From Klebsiella phage vB_KpM_FBKp24: 64,000 nt of DNA. The stretch lies in the sequence record MW394391.1; one strand, given 5' to 3'. Positions 57,815 to 64,000 of this stretch are shown here, one piece after another. The notes under the pieces are model-generated. The model was not told the DNA's origin and ran no database searches. It worked only from the letters and a program-made list of their open reading frames with translations. Every line of letters starts with the position of its first letter. Position 1 is the stretch's first letter. The translations under genes were made by a program, and so were the position numbers.

Positions 57815-58279
57815 TTAGCGCGGGCGAGCGAGGCCGCTGGCGAGGAGTCGATGGCAATCCGCCAACAGCGATAAACGATAAGGTGTAAAGTTAGCTTCAG
57901 TCAATACACCGTTATCGATTAACCGTTGGAAGAAGATACCCGAGGCAAAATCCCAAGGACACCAAAATGTTTTCCGTTCATTTGCTAATGCTAATGCCTC
58001 AGTCACTAAACGCTGCGCGATTCCTGTACCACGTAGCGACTTCTTAACGTAGAGCATTGCCGTGTAGACAAAATTTCCGCCATTTCCATCTGGTATTAAG
58101 ACGCAAACCGCCTGATAGGTATTCTTCCCTTCCGGAGAATAGAATACCGCTTTACACGGCCATTCCCCAGTACGCTGCTCATAGATTCCCTCTAGCATTT
58201 TCCCTTTTAGTAGATACAGTTCATGCTCTAAACACAAACGGTAAATTTCATTAGACCCTTCAATAACACTGTAACCCAT
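57815..58279 (-). CDS. GNAT-family N-acetyltransferase
   Basis: Motif LRGTGIAQRL (R/Q-x-x-G-x-G/A) with the GNAT beta-strand pattern. Confidence 0.7.
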   Translation of the reverse strand: MGYSVIEGSNEIYRLCLEHELYLLKGKMLEGIYEQRTGEWPCKAVFYSPEGKNTYQAVCVLIPDGNGGNFVYTAMLYVKKSLRGTGIAQRLVTEALALANERKTFWCPWDFASGIFFQRLIDNGVLTEANFTPYRLSLLADCHRLLASGLARPR

Positions 58280-58459
58280 TCTAAAATCCCCTGTACGCCA
58301 TTCTTAGCAATTGAATCGTATAATCCACCTACTTAGTCACCTAAACGAATCAAAGCGGTTAGCGTGAGTTATACTCAGCCATAGGGCTATCAATAGAGTG
58401 ATATATACTTCAAGTCCAATCGAAATTAGAGCTAATTCCTCCCTCAACATTGGCACAGA

Positions 58460-58488
58460 CAGAGGAGAGGGGACTACCCTCTCCTCTG
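58460..58488. terminator. terminator-like hairpin downstream of helicase gene
   Basis: Hairpin cagaggagaggg-gacta-ccctctcctctg followed by ttatgtttt. Confidence 0.55.
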
Positions 58489-58502
58489 TTATGTTTTAAC
58501 GG

Positions 58503-60032
58503 TTAAATGATCTGATCTAAATGTGCGGTTCGGGTACTTAACACGCGTCCTCTGAATAAGGCTTCTTTACTCCGCATGTAATCGAGGTGTTTATCGATAT
58601 TCATGCAAACAAAGCAGTGATAACTTTGAGGAACCTTTTTCTCCCCTTTCAATTCACGCAATCGCCCTAGCGCTTGAATGTTTGCGTTCGGTGAATCGAT
58701 CGCAACAGTTAAATACGCCTGAGTCAGATCGGGAATGTCTACGGCTGTACCCGATTTACCTATAGTACTAAAGATAATATCTGAGTCGAGAAGAATTTGG
58801 TAATCATCACCAGAAGTAAAAGAATTAATCACCAGACCCGGTTGACGTTTACGAAAAGTTTCCGTCAAACGTGTACACATCTCTATCGTTGCTGAGAAGA
58901 TCAATAGCTTGTGTTCAGGTTTCCGAGTACCAAGCCAGTTACTTTCCGTGTACGAATACAGCGCTTCGTGCCATCTTCGCTCTCTTTCTTTATCCGCCAT
59001 GATCCAAGCTTCATACGTCGTGTGACTGTAAGAACCTTGACCACCAACCACTTTCGCTTTCTGCCAATCTTTCAAGTTATATTGAACTTTAACCAGATCG
59101 ACGTAGACGTTGATCTTCCCTCCCTCCTTACGACATCGTTTAGGAAGGAACGTTTCGTAGATGAATAGTTGGAAATCCATCTTAGCGAAAAGCGTTGCTG
59201 TCAGATAGATCTTTTTAGGAACATGAGAATAAAGATCACTGATAAAGTGTAGATGAGTTTCTTTGTGCGCTTCATCAGTTATGACTAGCCCTATACCAAG
59301 AATCTCCCATAAATCGCGAGGGTGTATATCTTCACACCCCGATCCCACAACTTTTCCGTTACTCCAGTTTTTATAAAAATCCCTTAAGGTTGCAGTGGAT
59401 ATGAATATTGCTTTAACCTTGTCAATCCCTTTGTCTTTCACTTCTCTGAGCAGACGGTAGAGTTTAGTGCAACCGCAACAGGAACGAACTTCTTCGGGTT
59501 TGAGATTGAGCTTCTCGTAGAATTCAGGAATCCATCGATCTTCGTACCCGCCTAATGTAACAACAGCAAAACGTGTACCATTATTTTTAGCCATCGCCAA
59601 TGAACAGGCGGTCTTACCAAAACCGGCTTGAGCAGTGATAACTTTTTGAATCCCTGGCTCCGAACCAAAATCGATAATGGGAACTTGGTTTTCCCAAGGC
59701 GTGAATTCCATTTCGAATTCTACCTTGACAGGCTCGAACATGGGGACGTCTATGATCTCAACTTCGCACCCGTTCCATTGGAATTTTTCCGCCTCTTTTA
59801 AGAACCGTTCCAGTGCGTTGATGTGAAATGAAACGCATTCCGTTTCGAGATCGCGACGAGCATAAACTTTCGTGGGTTCCATTCGAAAACGCCCGTGTTT
59901 CTTTACTAGCGATTTCTCAATAAAATGTTCAGTGAATTGTCGACGGAATTGTCGACCTTTCGCGGTGGGTGCAAAGACCTCGAAATAATGGCTGTACTTA
60001 GTAATACGCAGATCCAATGTCTTAGCCCTCAC
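58503..60032 (-). CDS. SF2 DEAH-box helicase
   Basis: Walker A AQAGFGKTA, motif II VITDEAHKE, motif VI QALGRLREL. Confidence 0.7.
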   Translation of the reverse strand: MRAKTLDLRITKYSHYFEVFAPTAKGRQFRRQFTEHFIEKSLVKKHGRFRMEPTKVYARRDLETECVSFHINALERFLKEAEKFQWNGCEVEIIDVPMFEPVKVEFEMEFTPWENQVPIIDFGSEPGIQKVITAQAGFGKTACSLAMAKNNGTRFAVVTLGGYEDRWIPEFYEKLNLKPEEVRSCCGCTKLYRLLREVKDKGIDKVKAIFISTATLRDFYKNWSNGKVVGSGCEDIHPRDLWEILGIGLVITDEAHKETHLHFISDLYSHVPKKIYLTATLFAKMDFQLFIYETFLPKRCRKEGGKINVYVDLVKVQYNLKDWQKAKVVGGQGSYSHTTYEAWIMADKERERRWHEALYSYTESNWLGTRKPEHKLLIFSATIEMCTRLTETFRKRQPGLVINSFTSGDDYQILLDSDIIFSTIGKSGTAVDIPDLTQAYLTVAIDSPNANIQALGRLRELKGEKKVPQSYHCFVCMNIDKHLDYMRSKEALFRGRVLSTRTAHLDQII

Positions 60033-60139
60033 AGGTGAATAGTTGAATCACGTAGATTCTGTCGTCTATTTATTGTAGGTGTCTATAGTAAATATCCCTT
60101 AAGTTTTTACTGATTGGCTAAATAGAGAACAAAAAAAAA

Positions 60140-60165
60140 AGAGGGGACGGTAGTCCCCTCTTTTC
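60140..60165 (-). terminator. Rho-independent terminator (minus strand)
   Basis: Hairpin agaggggac-ggta-gtcccctct flanked on the plus strand by an A10 run (T-run on the minus strand). Confidence 0.8.
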
Positions 60166-60172
60166 TGTACCC

Positions 60173-62140
60173 TTAGAAACGCCGTTTTTGCATCTCGCTT
60201 TCGACATCCAGTAGCAGATGATCAAAAGGATGGTTTTCTTTTATCGGGTCATACGAGCCCGGAGAAAGCATATTTTGATACTGCTTCTCGTAAGCACATT
60301 TCACCGATAGACTACGTCCGGACATGATATCGGATTTCGTCGCAAAATATCTTCCGGTACCCTTTTTAGGTAAACGGAAATCGCCGTTCTTCGGATCTCT
60401 CGACATCATGGCATAAAGTACAATTTCGACAATCGCCAGGTTGACCGAGAATTTACGGTTTGTCATTTCAGAGATGTCTTTCAACGCCATCGCCAGAATA
60501 TCAGGATCGGTCAGATCGTAACGCAACCGTTCCTTCGATTCTTTACTGGACATGAAAATGTTGGATTTTAACTCCATCATCATTTCCAGCGTAGAGCTAT
60601 GACGTTCCGGGAATTTCAGAATACTTTCCGAAGAATCCCAGTTCTTTAAATCCACCCTGATTTTACGGCCAAAATTCTGGAACCCATAATCTTTCATGTG
60701 CTGAATAAACGCCGCAGTCAGATAAGGTTTGTAGGAAGAGTGACTTGTCGCAATCAATTCCTCTTTGATCGTTCCTTTCTCATCGCCCTGATGAACAATG
60801 ATTGTCACGTCCTCTACACCAGAAATACGCATCAGGTCCTGCGGACGGAAATCGGTCATCGCATGGATATCGGAAAGACGCGGCAGATAAGCCATATCGA
60901 TCTCAATTTCCACGTGATTGTTCCAGATGTTTTCCGACAACATCAATTCCGAGATATCTGATGCGTTAACCATATAGTCCTTGTAGAAGGGATCAATTTC
61001 AAACCCTTCCGATTCCGCTGAGCGCAATAAGTGCTTAGTGGAAATAACATCCTGTGAAACTTTTTCGTTCTGGGTAACTGTCGCAGCATGACCGAGGTTC
61101 GTCCCTTTTTGAACCGAACGCCCCAGTTGTCCCATACAAGTTGTACAGACTACCCCGTCATCCGGATGCCAACAACTGGCGACGTTCCTTAACTGGATAG
61201 TTTTACCCACCAGGAAAGTATCCCCCGCCTTGATCGCTTTCAACTCCCCTTTTTCCGTTACGTAGATTTTCCCCGGAAGAATGTTATCCAGTTCATTCTT
61301 TTTCACCGTCCAGGGAATCGTCTCAGTACTCCCACAGTCCCCTTTCCATATTTCCTTGACAACGTAGGTAAAGAGTTGAAGTTCTCGGTTATAATACTCG
61401 GTTTGTTTTACAGGGTCATCCGTAGCCTGTAACGCTTTCGAAGCATCTCGAGAAATCATGGCGAAGAAACTAGCCCGGTGTATCCCTTCAAAGAAGCCTG
61501 CATTGACTACGTTAGGAAAAATGGTTTGATCTACTTCAGAACAAAGTCCTCGTTTTCCCAGTACCTGATGGAACTGCGCCATCTTGGTTTGTCCAATATG
61601 ACAGGCCAGCGCCATACTGTTACCGCGTAAGGCGGGGTCAGTTGCAATGACCCGTGAGATCACGCCGTATGCCCGGTTTACACCAGCCGGCGATGGTTCC
61701 ATGTCGGCCAATGCATTTTGTATTTCCGGTCGATCGTAGATATCGAGTAAAGTCAATGCGTCTACCGTGTCAAGATACGCTTCACCTTTCGTGGTAAAAG
61801 CATTATGCAAACGGTTATTTCCGCGATAGATGGCTGCCTGGATGTTTTCGATATCTTCATCGGGATAGGTTTCGATAACCGCTTCCTTCATGCGGTTTAA
61901 AATCTTAAGCTCTAACCCGGGAGAATCAAAGTCATCCCAGAGATGATGACGGATACTGATTTTTGCGTCTGGATAATCACGGAAGACCTCCCAAAAATAC
62001 CAACTTACGATAGTCTGTGACCAATCCGTTTCAATCTCGCCGTCGTCGAAGATAAGACGAAAACGGTCGAAATCATTTTCTTTGGACCAAATTTCCTTTT
62101 CTGTCCAATGTGCAATATCTTCAGCCCATTCAACGCGCAT
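60173..62140 (-). CDS. RNA polymerase beta-prime subunit, C-terminal fragment (split multisubunit RNAP)
   Basis: A bridge-helix-like segment SRDASKALQATDDPVKQTEYYNREL is followed by CWHPDDGVVCTTCMGQLGRS...NLGHAATVTQNEKVSQDV, which matches the beta-prime Zn motif 2 and trigger loop. Its start overlaps the beta-fragment stop (ATGA). Confidence 0.55.
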   Translation of the reverse strand: MRVEWAEDIAHWTEKEIWSKENDFDRFRLIFDDGEIETDWSQTIVSWYFWEVFRDYPDAKISIRHHLWDDFDSPGLELKILNRMKEAVIETYPDEDIENIQAAIYRGNNRLHNAFTTKGEAYLDTVDALTLLDIYDRPEIQNALADMEPSPAGVNRAYGVISRVIATDPALRGNSMALACHIGQTKMAQFHQVLGKRGLCSEVDQTIFPNVVNAGFFEGIHRASFFAMISRDASKALQATDDPVKQTEYYNRELQLFTYVVKEIWKGDCGSTETIPWTVKKNELDNILPGKIYVTEKGELKAIKAGDTFLVGKTIQLRNVASCWHPDDGVVCTTCMGQLGRSVQKGTNLGHAATVTQNEKVSQDVISTKHLLRSAESEGFEIDPFYKDYMVNASDISELMLSENIWNNHVEIEIDMAYLPRLSDIHAMTDFRPQDLMRISGVEDVTIIVHQGDEKGTIKEELIATSHSSYKPYLTAAFIQHMKDYGFQNFGRKIRVDLKNWDSSESILKFPERHSSTLEMMMELKSNIFMSSKESKERLRYDLTDPDILAMALKDISEMTNRKFSVNLAIVEIVLYAMMSRDPKNGDFRLPKKGTGRYFATKSDIMSGRSLSVKCAYEKQYQNMLSPGSYDPIKENHPFDHLLLDVESEMQKRRF

Positions 62141-63993
62141 TACTCATCCTCTTCTGTCGCATCGGTGTCCTCTTCCGGAATTTCAAATTCGTCTTCCAGT
62201 TCGGGATCTTCAATATAACCTTCCCCATCCGATTCTGCTACATCGGAGAAATCGTCTTTGTAGCCCGGCTTACTTCTGGTCGCTGCACGTATTTTTTCCT
62301 CCTCTTCTAAGGTAATATTATCCACGTCCATGTACGCCATTTTAACCCCGGAGCAATACAGCGTGTTATTAAGGTAATTCAACGCCATGCTGTTACCCAA
62401 CGGGATTTTCTCTCTGTCGATGCTCTTATCCAGATCCACCGGATTTTCAGCAGAGATAATCTTACTCCACATGTACTCCTGAGCTTTCGGATTATTTGCC
62501 CGATCCAACATATCCGCTGCCCATTTGCCACCAACGATCCCGACGTAGTTACGAATCTCCGATTCACCAAAAAGCCGGAACGGAATCTTACGGAATGGTA
62601 AGTTGTACCGCTCACGTCCAGATGGTTTGGTAGGAACCCCATGAACCTGGCGTTTGGCAATATCGACCGCGCCCCAGTCATGACCCGTTTTCTCCAGTAC
62701 GATAACTTTGATTTCACCAATCATCGTCGGTTTCGTACTAGGGACTCGTTCCCCTAAGTCATTAATCCAGGTGACGTGCTCAACAGGTTCCGGGAAAGCG
62801 GCCCGTAAACGCCGACACTGCTCTGCCCCCAGTCCCGGGGTATACGGCGGCATATACGCAAAGATTGCGTCTTCTGCTACCGCATCGACATGTTGTTTAA
62901 TGCGTTCAAAGCCCCAGTTTTGCTCGTCGATTTTATCGAGATAAACAGGAGTTGCGGCACGATAATAACGTCGAAGTAGTTCGTAACACTCCAGATAGGT
63001 TTCTTTGGATCGACTTTCCGCCAGCATAGCCCGAATCGGTTTTTCTACGCGCTGTTCTGCAACGTAATTACAGTACTGCTCGATAAACATACTCGGGTTC
63101 ATGCGGTTAGCGATACTGAAACCGTCCACAATTAAATCGGCAGTCGTCCCGTCTGCATATTGTGGCATCTCTGCACGCGGTTTCTTCGCACAAATGACCC
63201 CTTTCATCCCATAGTCGGTTGACAACTTGTAACCGATGGTTGGCGTGATATCGTACATGAAAGAAATCTTCACGTAGAGTGTTGGGATACTTTGTTTCTT
63301 CATGCGAAAACGTCGTTTCCCTTCTGGGGCAGAAGTGAAAACTATGGCGTCGGTAACTAGCCGATGGAGCTTTTTAGACAACGCTGGTTCTTTCCCTTGA
63401 CCAGCCGAACGACGAAGTTGACGATAGACTTTCACGATACTTTCCATGTAACGCATTTTAGCCTTCCAGAGTCGAGTTATCGCGTCGTCTTCACCGTATT
63501 CACGTCCTGTGAATTCTGGCATCAGATCGAGTTTATCGCCATCGGACATCCAGAGATCGATGTCTACGACCCGCGCATCTTCTACACCCGCTTCGATGAA
63601 ATACTTCTCGTCGAAATAATAATCGTACTCCTGCATTGCAGTAGGCGTCATTTCTACTGCCCCTAACATATCGTCATATTCGCGCAAGGCCATCAGAAGA
63701 CCATCTTTACGAATAAGCTCCCCGGGCAGCGGTAAAGGACGATACCGTTTATCGTTACCGTAGCTATTGATCGGGTACTTCCCTTTCGGAATGATGATGG
63801 TCACTTCCCCAAAGCCAGTGGTCTGATTTTCCTTACACCATTCTTCAGAGACCAAGAAACCGTCCTCGGTCACCGCGTGGTGACTTTGAAAGGTTGTTTT
63901 GGTACGCGTAGAATAGATATAATCCCCTTCTGGCGTTACCCCCGGAGAACGGTTTAAACGCACCCCTCGCTGTAGAACCTCTCCTGGCCGCAT
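62140..63993 (-). CDS. RNA polymerase beta subunit, C-terminal fragment (may extend upstream beyond window)
   Basis: DYGMKGVICAKKPRAEMPQYADGTTADLIVDGFSIANRMNPSMFIEQ matches bacterial beta [44 protein letters not shown]. The C-terminal FRLFGESEIRNYV matches QRFGEMEVWALEAYGAA. Confidence 0.6.
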   Translation of the reverse strand: MRPGEVLQRGVRLNRSPGVTPEGDYIYSTRTKTTFQSHHAVTEDGFLVSEEWCKENQTTGFGEVTIIIPKGKYPINSYGNDKRYRPLPLPGELIRKDGLLMALREYDDMLGAVEMTPTAMQEYDYYFDEKYFIEAGVEDARVVDIDLWMSDGDKLDLMPEFTGREYGEDDAITRLWKAKMRYMESIVKVYRQLRRSAGQGKEPALSKKLHRLVTDAIVFTSAPEGKRRFRMKKQSIPTLYVKISFMYDITPTIGYKLSTDYGMKGVICAKKPRAEMPQYADGTTADLIVDGFSIANRMNPSMFIEQYCNYVAEQRVEKPIRAMLAESRSKETYLECYELLRRYYRAATPVYLDKIDEQNWGFERIKQHVDAVAEDAIFAYMPPYTPGLGAEQCRRLRAAFPEPVEHVTWINDLGERVPSTKPTMIGEIKVIVLEKTGHDWGAVDIAKRQVHGVPTKPSGRERYNLPFRKIPFRLFGESEIRNYVGIVGGKWAADMLDRANNPKAQEYMWSKIISAENPVDLDKSIDREKIPLGNSMALNYLNNTLYCSGVKMAYMDVDNITLEEEEKIRAATRSKPGYKDDFSDVAESDGEGYIEDPELEDEFEIPEEDTDATEEDE

Positions 63994-64000
63994 CAGTTTT

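Overview
This 64 kb window reads as part of a large, phiKZ-like jumbo phage genome. GC is about 45-48 %. Operons are dense, gene ends overlap (ATGA/TGATG couplings), and the gene blocks are bounded by many Rho-independent hairpins. The clearest evidence for the phiKZ-like assignment is fragments of a split multisubunit RNA polymerase. One ORF carries the beta-subunit motif HGxKGV...NRMNPS. Two separate ORFs carry the beta-prime Zn-finger plus trigger-loop block (CxnCxxCMG...ALG.LAT.VG...M...HGAA). I recognise no host housekeeping genes, rRNA, CRISPR array, IS element or integrase.

Layout:
- 0.6-19.4 kb (minus strand): a long coupled operon of large proteins that look virion-associated. It includes a paralogous pair and an 808-aa highly acidic repetitive protein.
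- 19.4-23.5 kb (plus strand): two large structural-type proteins.
- 23.5-40.5 kb: mixed-strand DNA/RNA-metabolism genes. These include an HExxH membrane metalloprotease, a DnaQ/PolB-type 3'-5' exonuclease domain protein, a beta-prime fragment, two SF2 helicases (DExH and DEAH) and GNAT acetyltransferases.
- 41.3-46.3 kb: a minus-strand tRNA island with at least 9 tRNAs I could read by hand. The island also holds atypically long tRNA-like genes and two loci where tRNA 3' halves precede their matching 5' halves (permuted order). Embedded among them are a signal-peptide TAXI-type solute-binding protein gene and small membrane protein genes.
- 47.2-58.3 kb (minus strand): an accessory cluster. It contains a tandem pair of paralogous classical AAA+ ATPases, a P-loop NTPase, an HTH regulator, a TARG1/DarG-type macrodomain protein, a 477-nt ORF-free structured region and a GNAT.
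- 58.5-64 kb: a DEAH helicase and co-oriented beta-prime and beta C-terminal fragments.

All functional calls come from motifs read by eye in the supplied ORF translations. No database search was possible, and coordinates of RNA features are hand-derived and approximate to within a few nt.
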